This document shows, in pieces, positions 1-8,129 of a DNA stretch of 32,000 bases. The stretch's first letter is position 1. Each line of letters begins with the position of its first letter. The DNA is from Caldivirga maquilingensis IC-167. GTDB lineage: Archaea; Thermoproteota; Thermoprotei; Thermoproteales; Thermocladiaceae. Under the pieces are notes generated by a model. The model did not search any database and was not told where the DNA came from. It was given only the letters and a program-made list of their open reading frames with translations. The DNA lies in the NCBI RefSeq assembly GCF_000018305.1, contig NC_009954.1, positions 1,290,001-1,322,000 of the forward strand. Reading direction: 5' to 3'. Position numbers and translations under genes: made by a program.

Positions 1-1347
1 AACGGTATAGGTATCCCGGAGGAGGAGATACCTAACGTCTTCGGTCAAATATTCTACAGCTCCAAGTATAAGATTAAGCAGCATAGGGGTATTTTTGGCC
101 TTGGAGCTAAGATGGTTGTCCTCTATGCCCAATCCACCTCAGGAATGCCTGTGAGGGTTACTAGTTCAATGAAGGGTTCCCAATACATATACACTTATGA
201 AATTAGTATTGATACGGTTAAGAATAAGCCAGTAATACACAGTCACGTTAGGGTTGAGAATAAGTATGGTTGGCACGGCACGGCGGTTAAGGTTGTACTG
301 GAGGGTAATTGGCAGTACGCTAAGAGTAGGATTGAGGAGTACTTCACTAGGACAGCCATGATAACCCCATACGCTGAAATAATACTCATTGAGCCTAATA
401 ACGAGGTCCTCAGGTTCAATAGAATAACCACAATAATGCCTAAACCCCCTGTGGAGGGTTTACCACACCCAAGTAGTATTGACCTTGAGTCCCTTAAACA
501 GTTAATCAGTAGGAACAGTGACATACCGTTGATTGACTTCCTTAAGGAGAACTTCGACGGCATTGGTGATGAGACTGTTAGGGAATTCATGAAGACTGTG
601 GGCATTAGGGCTAGTAAGCATGTTAAGAGGCTTAGTGAGTCTGAGTTAAGGTTACTTGCCGAGAAGATGAGGCAGTTCAATGGCTGGAGGAGGCCTAGGG
701 CTGATTGGCTCTCCCCCATTGGTGAGAAGATACTGGCAAATGGTATACTCCACGTCCTTAAACCTGAGGCCGTCTTCGTGACCACTAGGAAGCCATCCTC
801 ATACTCAGGTCACCCATTCATTGTTGAGGCAGCCATAGCCTGGGGTGGGTCAATAATGCCTGTGGATAAGCCCATACTATACAGGTACGCTAATAAAGTG
901 CCTCTACTTCAGGATGAGGGTAGTGACGTGATTAGGCATGTTATTGATGAAGTTGATTGGAGTCAATATAAGGTTAAGTTCCCAGCGCCATTGGCGGTGG
1001 TGGTTCACGTATGCTCAACTAAGATACCCTACGCCTCAGCTGGTAAGGAGGCCATTGCTGATGTTCCTGAAATTGAAAAGGAGGTTAGGTTAGCTGTTAG
1101 GGAAGTGGCCAGGAAGCTTAAGGTTTACTTAGCTAGGAAGGAGAAGGAGCAGGAATTATTAACCAAGTACGCCATACTTAGGCTATACACTGATGAAGTA
1201 TCCTCAGCCCTATCCTTCGTGTCTGGGGTTGATGAAAACGTGATTAAGGGTAAGCTCGAGGAATTAATTAAGAGGAAGCTTGGCCTAGACATAAGGGCTG
1301 GGCCACCGGCAATCACCAGTGAGGTGGGCAATGTTGCGGTTGCTTAA
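1..1347 (+). CDS. top6B: DNA topoisomerase VI subunit B (5'-truncated by window edge)
   Basis: Frame 1 is open from nt 1 (NGIGIPEEEIPNVFGQIFYSSKYKIKQHRGIFGLGAKM...). This is the Bergerat/GHKL ATPase glycine-rich region, followed by a long transducer-type domain typical of archaeal Top6B. The ORF-track ATG at 112 is internal. Confidence 0.85.
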   Translation, partial: NGIGIPEEEIPNVFGQIFYSSKYKIKQHRGIFGLGAKMVVLYAQSTSGMPVRVTSSMKGSQYIYTYEISIDTVKNKPVIHSHVRVENKYGWHGTAVKVVLEGNWQYAKSRIEEYFTRTAMITPYAEIILIEPNNEVLRFNRITTIMPKPPVEGLPHPSSIDLESLKQLISRNSDIPLIDFLKENFDGIGDETVREFMKTVGIRASKHVKRLSESELRLLAEKMRQFNGWRRPRADWLSPIGEKILANGILHVLKPEAVFVTTRKPSSYSGHPFIVEAAIAWGGSIMPVDKPILYRYANKVPLLQDEGSDVIRHVIDEVDWSQYKVKFPAPLAVVVHVCSTKIPYASAGKEAIADVPEIEKEVRLAVREVARKLKVYLARKEKEQELLTKYAILRLYTDEVSSALSFVSGVDENVIKGKLEELIKRKLGLDIRAGPPAITSEVGNVAVA

Positions 1348-1404
1348 GCGCTTACTCGTGTTACATTAGTAAAGCGTAAAACACCCAGGCTTAAGTACTG
1401 GTTG

Positions 1405-2538
1405 ATGAGGCTACTTGAGTATAAGGGTAAGGAGATACTGGCTAAGTATGGTGTAAGCGTGCCTAAAGGTGTTGTAATCAGTAGCGTGAGCGACATTGAT
1501 AAGAGTAACCTAAAGTACCCAGTATTCGTTAAGTCCCAGGTACCCTTCGCAGGTAGGGCTAAGATGGGGCTTGTTAAGAGGGCTAATAATAAGGATGAGG
1601 CTAAGCAAATAGCTTCAGAGTACTTGGGTAAGGTTATTCAGGACTTTGAGGTTAAGAAGGTTCTACTTGAGGAGGGGGTTGATGTTGTTAAGGAGTACTA
1701 CGTCTCAGTAACCATAGATAGATCCAGTAGGACATTCATAATCCTGGCCTCACCTGAGGGTGGGGTTGATATAGAGGAGATAGCTAGGACAAGTCCTGAG
1801 AAAATATACAGGGGTAGGATCCATCCCTTTGAGGGTCTTAGGGACTACACTGTTAACGCTATTAATAAGTTCATGGGCTTCACAGGGGAGTTAGCCTCAA
1901 AATTCGCCTCACTCCTTAGAATAATGTACAACGTGTTTGAAACTTATGATGCTGAATTAGTGGAGATTAATCCACTTGCCTTAACAAGGGACGGTAACTT
2001 CGTTGCCCTTGATGTTAAAATAATGATCGATGACAATGCACTATATAGGCATGGTGATATTTCAGTGGAGGAGGAGGGTGACTTAACCAGGGAGGAGCTT
2101 GAGGCTAGGAAGTACGGCTTCCACTACGTTGAGTTACCGGGCTACGTGGGTGTTGTTGGTAATGGGGCTGGTTTAACAATGGCCACAATGGATCTTGTTA
2201 AGGAGTTTAAGGGTGAACCAGCTGACTTCCTTGACGTTGGGGGTGGTGCAAGTAGGGATATTGTTAAGGCAGCCTTAAGCCTACTACTTAAGGATGAGAG
2301 GATTAAGGGAATCGTATTAAATATCTTCGGTGGAATAACCAGGGGAGATGAGGTTGCCTACGGTGTCGTGGAGGCCTTTAAGGAGATTGGCGCCTCTAAG
2401 CCATTGGCAATAAGGCTGAAGGGAACCAATGAGGAGGAGGGTAGGAGGATTCTAGCCCCATTGGGGGTTAAAATTTATGAAACAGCCGAGGAGGCTATAG
2501 GTGAATTAATGAGTAAACTACAGGGTGGTTCAAGATGA
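1405..2538 (+). CDS. sucC: Succinyl-CoA synthetase beta subunit (ATP-grasp)
   Basis: N-terminus [22 protein letters not shown], an ATP-grasp body and a C-terminal CoA-ligase domain ([20 protein letters not shown]). The stop overlaps the sucD start (ATGA). TTG at 1402 is an alternative start. Confidence 0.9.
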   Translation: MRLLEYKGKEILAKYGVSVPKGVVISSVSDIDKSNLKYPVFVKSQVPFAGRAKMGLVKRANNKDEAKQIASEYLGKVIQDFEVKKVLLEEGVDVVKEYYVSVTIDRSSRTFIILASPEGGVDIEEIARTSPEKIYRGRIHPFEGLRDYTVNAINKFMGFTGELASKFASLLRIMYNVFETYDAELVEINPLALTRDGNFVALDVKIMIDDNALYRHGDISVEEEGDLTREELEARKYGFHYVELPGYVGVVGNGAGLTMATMDLVKEFKGEPADFLDVGGGASRDIVKAALSLLLKDERIKGIVLNIFGGITRGDEVAYGVVEAFKEIGASKPLAIRLKGTNEEEGRRILAPLGVKIYETAEEAIGELMSKLQGGSR

Positions 2539-3413
2539 CGATACTGGTTGACCAGAACACGAGGGTACTTGTACAGGGAATAACGGGTAGTGAGGGATCT
2601 AGGCACACACTGTACATGCTTCAATACGGCACTAAGGTGGTTGCTGGGGTAACACCAGGTAGGGGTGGTCAACAAGTTCACGGCGTCCCAGTCTACGACT
2701 CAGTGGAGGAGGCCTTAAGGAAACACCCTGAGATAAACACATCAATAATATTCGTACCAGCCAGGTTCGCCTCAGATGCAGTCTATGAGGCAGTGGATAA
2801 TGGGATAAGGCTGGTTGTAATAATAACTGAACACATTCCAATCCATGATGCAATAAGATTCGTTAACTACGCTAAGTATAAGGGGACGGTGATAATTGGG
2901 CCAAACTGCCCAGGCGTGGTTAGTCCAACAATCAGTAAGGTGGGTATACTACCTAATAATGTATACGTTAAGAAGGGGCCAGTGGGTATAATATCCCGCA
3001 GCGGTACCTTAACCTACGAAATATCCTACCACTTAACCCAAGCCGGTTTCGGCCAAAGCACGGTGGTTGGTATTGGCGGTGACCCAATAATAGGCACGGA
3101 TATGGTTGAGGCAGCCTTAATGTATGAGAATGACCCGGAGACCAAGTACTTAGTGGTGATTGGTGAAATAGGAGGTGACCAGGAGGAGAGGTTGGCTAGC
3201 CTTGTTAGGGAGGGTAAGGTAACTAAGCCAATTGTAGCCTTCATAGCCGGTAGAACAGCACCACCGGGTAAGAGACTTGGACATGCCGGTGCAATAATAT
3301 CAATGGGAGTCGGCACCTATGAGGGTAAGGTTAAGGCACTTGAGTCCGCCGGTATTAAGGTCGCTAAGACACCGCTTGAGGTTGTTAAGCTTATTCGCGA
3401 CATCTCAAAGTAA
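2535..3413 (+). CDS. sucD: Succinyl-CoA synthetase alpha subunit
   Basis: VQGITGSEG CoA-binding motif, [15 protein letters not shown], and the phosphohistidine loop GHAGAII. It has a 4-nt overlap with sucC. Confidence 0.92.
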   Translation: MTILVDQNTRVLVQGITGSEGSRHTLYMLQYGTKVVAGVTPGRGGQQVHGVPVYDSVEEALRKHPEINTSIIFVPARFASDAVYEAVDNGIRLVVIITEHIPIHDAIRFVNYAKYKGTVIIGPNCPGVVSPTISKVGILPNNVYVKKGPVGIISRSGTLTYEISYHLTQAGFGQSTVVGIGGDPIIGTDMVEAALMYENDPETKYLVVIGEIGGDQEERLASLVREGKVTKPIVAFIAGRTAPPGKRLGHAGAIISMGVGTYEGKVKALESAGIKVAKTPLEVVKLIRDISK

Positions 3414-3538
3414 TTGAGTGCCTTAACTTAAAAATCAAGTCCTTATTCAATAAACATGTTACTTCTAAATCAATAACAGTGACTCACCAGTTGAAGGACT
3501 AGGTACAGTTATAAAGCCTATTAGTGCGTACTAATTAA

Positions 3539-3976
3539 ATGGTGGATGAATCCTGTGTGGTTGCTAAGATCAGGGACTACGCGGTGGCGAGTAATGAGGT
3601 AGTTAATGGTAGGGTTTTCGAGGTTGTTAAGAGGATTGCGGTTAACCTACTTAATGAGTGGAATCCAGAGAAGGGGGATTTCATGATACTTAAGGATGAT
3701 AGGGTTATTCAAATAAAGTTACCATTACCCTCACCTGAACTTTACGATAGGTTAAAGAACTATAACATTAGGAGGAGCGGTGACTCAGCTGAAGCAACTG
3801 TACCGGTTTACGAGATAATATACTCCAGTGACTGGGTTGGGGAGGGTTTTAAGGCGGAGGAGGCTGTCTTAGTCTTCCCATTCATATCAAATGAAATAAA
3901 TGCGCAAATAATAAATGATGTAATAAACACTTTAAAGACGGGTGAGGAGGAGATGGGGGAGGAATTTGAGGAGTAG
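3539..3976 (+). CDS. Hypothetical protein with acidic C-terminal tail (…GEEEMGEEFEE)
   Basis: 145-codon ORF. A TATA-like ttataaag lies about 25-30 nt upstream of the ATG (leaderless geometry). Codon usage matches neighbours. No family recognised. Confidence 0.6.
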   Translation: MVDESCVVAKIRDYAVASNEVVNGRVFEVVKRIAVNLLNEWNPEKGDFMILKDDRVIQIKLPLPSPELYDRLKNYNIRRSGDSAEATVPVYEIIYSSDWVGEGFKAEEAVLVFPFISNEINAQIINDVINTLKTGEEEMGEEFEE

Positions 3977-3977
3977 G

Positions 3978-4700
3978 TTAAGTCAATGTATTAATACCTC
4001 CACTTAACATTAATTCTATGAACTCTGCAACACCCTTACCGCTTGGGTTTCTTGTCACTAACTTAGCGTGTTCCTTAGCCCTCCCTGTGGCATTACCCAC
4101 CGCCACGCCTAAGCCAACAACCTTAAAGGCCTCGGCATCAATATCACTATCACCTATGAAGGCTACTGTTGAGCAATCCACATTAATTAACTCGCAAAGC
4201 CTCCTAATTGCAGTGGCTTTACTGCATTCAATAGGCCTAATGTGAACTGCGTAGCCACTGGTTTCCACGGCATATGATTCATTAACCCTCATTTTAATTA
4301 ACTCCTCCCTAATCCTATTTACAACATTATAATCATCACCATTAACGTCAAGGGTCATGTCAAGGTACCTGCAGGGGTATTGGTAAGTGGGCTTCAATCC
4401 AAGCCTCTTAATTAATTCCTCAGCAATGCTCCTAGCACTTAACGCACTTAGCATTATCGTTGATGAATTAACCTTGATTATGCAACCGTTCTCAGCGATA
4501 ATTGGTGCATCATTAAGCCCAATGTACTTTGCTAAAGCCTCAGCAACAATCAATGCATTACCGGTTACTAAACCAATCCTAACCCTACCCCTAGCCCTCT
4601 GTATAGCTCTAATTGCCTCAGGTTCAAGCGCCAGTTCACCCCTATTCACTGTTAATGTTCCATCAACGTCGAGTAGGAGTAGATTAATACCCATACCCAT
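3978..4700 (-). CDS. HAD-IIB hydrolase, archaeal phosphoglycolate-phosphatase/Cof-like family
   Basis: HAD motif I LLLDVDGTLT, LVTGN (motif II region) and GDSDIDAEAF (motif IV). The overall pattern resembles archaeal PGP (TA0175/PH1421 type). Confidence 0.8.
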   Translation of the reverse strand: MGMGINLLLLDVDGTLTVNRGELALEPEAIRAIQRARGRVRIGLVTGNALIVAEALAKYIGLNDAPIIAENGCIIKVNSSTIMLSALSARSIAEELIKRLGLKPTYQYPCRYLDMTLDVNGDDYNVVNRIREELIKMRVNESYAVETSGYAVHIRPIECSKATAIRRLCELINVDCSTVAFIGDSDIDAEAFKVVGLGVAVGNATGRAKEHAKLVTRNPSGKGVAEFIELMLSGGINTLT

Positions 4701-4924
4701 GAGGCCTCATTGAAGGGTTAATAAGCCTTTACTTAAACCACAGGATTAAGTTGCTTGAGGTTATTGAGTATTTTTCAATAATCCAGCAAATTACCTAGTT
4801 TTAGAAGCACATGTAGGTGGGATGGATGCGAGTAGGGAATTAAATGAATCCAAGTACCGTGGAATGGGTATTATGAATATTAGTTAAGCATGATTAATAC
4901 TGAAACCTAACCCAGGGTCCTAAG

Positions 4925-4934
4925 TATTTAAAGG
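4925..4934 (+). promoter_or_regulatory. TATA box for the RbkR gene
   Basis: tatttaaagg is centred about 26 nt upstream of the GTG at 4955, the spacing typical of crenarchaeal leaderless transcripts. Confidence 0.5.
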
Positions 4935-4954
4935 GGTTTTCAATAGGCCTTAAC

Positions 4955-5647
4955 GTGGATAAGCAAGTTAATGTGGTTAATTACAGGGAATTGAAGAAGA
5001 TACCTTACATACTTCTCCTCCTCCAGAATGGGGTAAATGACCACGACTTCACTAGGATTAGTGTAAGCGACTTATCAAAGCAAATGGGCACTACACCTCA
5101 GAACATATCCAAGGTGCTTAGGAGACTGGAGAGGGAGGGGTACATTGTGAGGAGTAGTGTTAAAGGTGAGGTGAGTGTAATGCTTAGTGAGAAGGGCAGT
5201 GCCTTATTAAGGAACCTAATGGACCTTATGGAGAACCTACTTGGGAAGAACATAACCATAGTACTAAGAGGCATTGTGGTAACAGGCTTTGGGGAGGGTA
5301 GCTACTACATTAGCCTGGAGGGTTATAGGAGACAGTTCATTAGTAAACTTGGGTTTGATCCATACCCAGGTACATTAAACGTGAAGCTACTTGACCAGTA
5401 CATGAAGTATAGGCTATACTTGGAGAGGGTGCCTGGCGTGAGGATTGAGGGCTTCAGTAATGGTTCAAGAACCTACGGGGGTGTTAAGGCGTTTAAATGC
5501 ACCATAAGTGACATACCCTGCGGTGTACTACTAATAGAGAGGACTTCCCACGGTCCTGAGGTTATTGAGATTGTGGCCCCAGTTAAATTAAGGGATAGGC
5601 TTGGGCTTAAGGATGGTGACGATGTAACAATAAATATTCTACTTTAA
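4955..5647 (+). CDS. ribK: RbkR-type bifunctional protein: N-terminal winged-helix DNA-binding domain fused to CTP-dependent archaeal riboflavin kinase
   Basis: The C-terminal half matches the MJ0056-type riboflavin kinase ([11 protein letters not shown]…[13 protein letters not shown]…[21 protein letters not shown]). The N-terminal ~95 aa looks like an MarR/wHTH domain ([25 protein letters not shown]). Confidence 0.88.
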
Positions 5648-5968
5648 GCAAGTATTCAAGAGCGGGTTAATTGCTGTGGCTGCGGTTATGGGTTTCGTTG
5701 ATTCATAATTGCAGTATTACCAGTCTCTCAAACCTACTCCGGCAACTCCCCGGGTACTGCGCCAGTGTTGCTGCCTACGTACCCTATCTTCAATTATAAA
5801 TACCTACGGCTAATTTCAAGCATTATAATAATAATCTCAGCCCTAATCTACCGCCGCCCATTCTTACTAAACCCAATTAATACGCTTGGAGAACTATTAC
5901 ATAATTAATCAATCCATTTGTGAATATAAAGGATATATACCACCAATTAAGCCATTCAACACCGATCT

Positions 5969-6793
5969 ATGAGTGAGAGGAGAATTTGGCCCGGTGCCTA
6001 TGTTATGGGTGCAGCGGTCCTCTGGTCTACAATAGGCGTGGCCAGCGTCTATAGTGGTAACCCAGTGCTTCTGACTCTGTTTAGATCCGTGTTTGCCTCA
6101 ATACCCTCGGTCATACTTTACAGGTCCGTTAATAGGGGTGCATTATTCACTGGGATTGCCCTAGGCGTATTATTCACCGTGTACCCACTGGCCACGGTGC
6201 TTGTGGGGCTTGGTGCAGCGGCATTTCTACTCTACACAGCGCCCTTATGGACTACATTAATAGCCTTATCCTTTAGGGAGAAGCCAAGCGCTAAGGGTGT
6301 TGTTGGTGTGGTATTAATAATAACAGCTATATTAATAATAATCACTGAGACGGAAAGGGGCCTACTAAACCCCATTGGTGTAGTAATGGGCTTACTCTCG
6401 GGTATTTCCTACGGAACATACATAGCCCTGGCCAGGTACTACGTGAGGAGCATCAATGAGTTGGAGGTTTCCCTGGGCTCAATACCATACACGCTAATAA
6501 TCACAGCACCAGCAGCCTTACTCTACACCCTACTCCTTCATGGGCTCGTCCACGTGATAACCAGTGGTTTATGGGGTCTCTACATGGGTGTAATGGCAAC
6601 CATAGTTCCCTACAGGCTCTTTTCCATGGGCATATCAAGGCTAAAGGCATCAACAGCCTCAATAATAGCCACCCTGGAGCCAGTCCTGGCCTCAGTATGG
6701 GGCCTCCTATTCTTTAGGCAGGTACCCACTGTTGCAGAGGCGGTGTCCTATGCATTGATAATTGCCGCATCAGTAATAGTATCATTTGAGTAA
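5969..6793 (+). CDS. EamA/DMT-family integral membrane transporter
   Basis: 274 aa, about 9-10 hydrophobic spans, with the duplicated EamA-like architecture. Confidence 0.75.
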   Translation: MSERRIWPGAYVMGAAVLWSTIGVASVYSGNPVLLTLFRSVFASIPSVILYRSVNRGALFTGIALGVLFTVYPLATVLVGLGAAAFLLYTAPLWTTLIALSFREKPSAKGVVGVVLIITAILIIITETERGLLNPIGVVMGLLSGISYGTYIALARYYVRSINELEVSLGSIPYTLIITAPAALLYTLLLHGLVHVITSGLWGLYMGVMATIVPYRLFSMGISRLKASTASIIATLEPVLASVWGLLFFRQVPTVAEAVSYALIIAASVIVSFE

Positions 6794-6820
6794 ACATAAC
6801 TAATACAAGCACTATATGGG

Positions 6821-6943
6821 AACAGGAGGATAGAAGCCATCGTACTAGCCGCAGGTAAGGGCAGGAGATTTGAAGGGGGCAAATTACTCACTAGGGTTAA
6901 CGCATAATACTCAGGGGTATTCAAGGCATTAGAGGACTTGATT
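6821..6943 (+). pseudogene. Decayed N-terminal remnant of a MobA/MocA-like nucleotidyltransferase
   Basis: Frame 2 reads NRRIEAIVLAAGKGRRFEGGKLLTRVNA*YSGVFKALEDLI*. IVLAAGKGRRFGG-KLL is the signature N-terminal NTP-binding loop of MobA-like NTP transferases. There is no start codon, there are in-frame stops at 6905 and 6944, and nothing follows. Confidence 0.35.
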
Positions 6944-7065
6944 TGACATTACCCCTAATGCTATTATTTCACACCCAGCTCTTCAGCATTGATTTTAAGG
7001 CATCTTTAATATATTCTTCTTCACTAACCTCCTCTTAACATCTAGCGTAGTGTCAAACGGTAATG

Positions 7066-7074
7066 CTTTAAAAT
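7066..7074 (+). promoter_or_regulatory. TATA box for the Alba gene
   Basis: ctttaaaat lies 23-35 nt upstream of the candidate starts. A GGTGA Shine-Dalgarno-like element (7095-7099) lies 5 nt before the ATG at 7105. Confidence 0.5.
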
Positions 7075-7104
7075 GCATAGTTAAGGAGATAGTTGGTGAG
7101 CAGA

Positions 7105-7389
7105 ATGGCAGCTCAACAGGAGGCTACAATACTGGTTGGAAAGAAGCCTACAACAAACTACGTAATAGCCACGGTGATGCAGTTCAACCAGGGCAGTAAG
7201 AGGGTGATCCTCAAGGCCAGGGGATCAGCAATAGCGAGGGCAGTGGCAGCGGCCACAATGGTCCGCGACAGGTTCCTGGCGGGCCAAGTGGATATAAGGG
7301 AGGTTAAGCTACTGAGTGACAAGATAACTGGCCAGGGCGGAAAGGAAAGGGTTGTGGCGGCCGTTGAAATAGTTATTGAGAGGAAGTGA
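7105..7389 (+). CDS. albA: Chromatin protein Alba (DNA/RNA-binding, Sso10b family)
   Basis: ILVGKKPTTNYVIATVMQFNQG…VILKARGSAIARAVAAATMVRDRF…VEIVIERK aligns along its length with Sso10b/Alba. The ATG at 7105 is preferred because of the SD-like GGTGA. The ORF-track TTG at 7093 is an alternative. Confidence 0.9.
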   Translation: MAAQQEATILVGKKPTTNYVIATVMQFNQGSKRVILKARGSAIARAVAAATMVRDRFLAGQVDIREVKLLSDKITGQGGKERVVAAVEIVIERK

Positions 7390-7390
7390 G

Positions 7391-7431
7391 GCCGCCTGTA
7401 AAAAGCATTACTCATCACCAGCGGCTTTTTT
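7391..7431 (+). terminator. Hairpin plus T6 tract downstream of Alba
   Basis: GCCGCCTG (7391-7398) pairs with CAGCGGC (7419-7425) with one bulged C. TTTTTT (7426-7431) follows immediately. Oligo-T tracts are archaeal termination signals. Confidence 0.55.
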
Positions 7432-7487
7432 GCAGTTTCACCATAAATGTGAAATAAGCATTATCTTTAAAGTGGAGTAAGGGGCAT

Positions 7488-8129
7488 GTGGCATTATACG
7501 TAATTGGCGTGGGGCCCTGGGACCCTGACTTAATCACTGTTAAGGCGATTAAGGCGTTAGCTAAGGTTCAAGTAGTCTACTACAGCTCCCTCATTAACCC
7601 TGAGGTGATTAGGCGTTACGCACCTAGGGCTAAGTCAATATACATGGGGCATGTGAGGGGTGATGAACACGAGGGGTATGTTAAGGAGGCCATTGAGTAC
7701 GCTAAGGGTGGGCTGGAGGTCGCCTTCCTTAAGAATGGGGACCCAACATTGTTCAGTAGGGGGGTTAGGATATGTAGGGAAGCTAAGGCTCAGGGGGTTG
7801 AGTGCATTATAATACCTGGTGTAGCAAGCTTCACTGCGGCTGCTGCTGAATATGAATTGGAGTTGGGTGACCTAGTAACCCTGGTATCGTATCCCAATGT
7901 ATCCAGGGGTGTGGTTAGGAGGACTACGGTATTATTCATGGCCTCGGCTGCTCTTGATAAAATTAACGAGTACCTGAAGGGTAATGATGAGGTAGTGGTG
8001 GTTAGTAGAGTAACGTACCCTGATGGCATCTTAATTAAGGTTAACCGCAGTGAGCCACTTAAGTTAAAGCCCCTCACCCCATCTTTAATATTCATTATGA
8101 GTGATGGTAATGGAGTTAACAATACCTAG
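7488..8129 (+). CDS. Tetrapyrrole (precorrin/cobalt-precorrin) methyltransferase, CbiF-like
   Basis: TP_methylase motifs: VIGVGPWDPDLITVKA, VVYYSSLINPE, NGDPTLFSRG, IPGVASFTAAAA. GTG start with ctttaaag TATA about 20 nt upstream. At 213 aa it is short for CbiF. Confidence 0.75.
   Translation: MALYVIGVGPWDPDLITVKAIKALAKVQVVYYSSLINPEVIRRYAPRAKSIYMGHVRGDEHEGYVKEAIEYAKGGLEVAFLKNGDPTLFSRGVRICREAKAQGVECIIIPGVASFTAAAAEYELELGDLVTLVSYPNVSRGVVRRTTVLFMASAALDKINEYLKGNDEVVVVSRVTYPDGILIKVNRSEPLKLKPLTPSLIFIMSDGNGVNNT

Noticed and set aside
243-785. Long antisense ORFs opposite well-supported genes: 243-785, 4387-4713, 7790-8122, 8433-8891, 17759-18271, 20607-20948, 25241-25513 and others in the ORF track.
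   Set aside because: Each lies wholly inside a CDS with clear family motifs on the other strand. Their translations are Ser/Leu/Pro/Thr-rich low-complexity strings, typical of the reverse complement of codon-biased genes. None has a TATA element at the right distance.
4893-4900. Shared 8-mer ATTAATAC in the rbkR upstream region (4893-4900) and upstream of the EamA gene (5876-5883), as a possible common RbkR operator.
   Set aside because: A single 8-mer match between two AT-rich regions of about 250-320 bp is expected by chance. There is no extended palindrome around the second copy.
5648-5968. 321-bp gap after rbkR with a moderately GC-rich core (5690-5790). Considered as a structured ncRNA or CRISPR leader/array.
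   Set aside because: No repeated units are present. Only short imperfect stems occur (for example GCAAC…GTTGC). No conserved ncRNA motifs were recognised and there are no coding remnants in any frame. Left unexplained rather than called.
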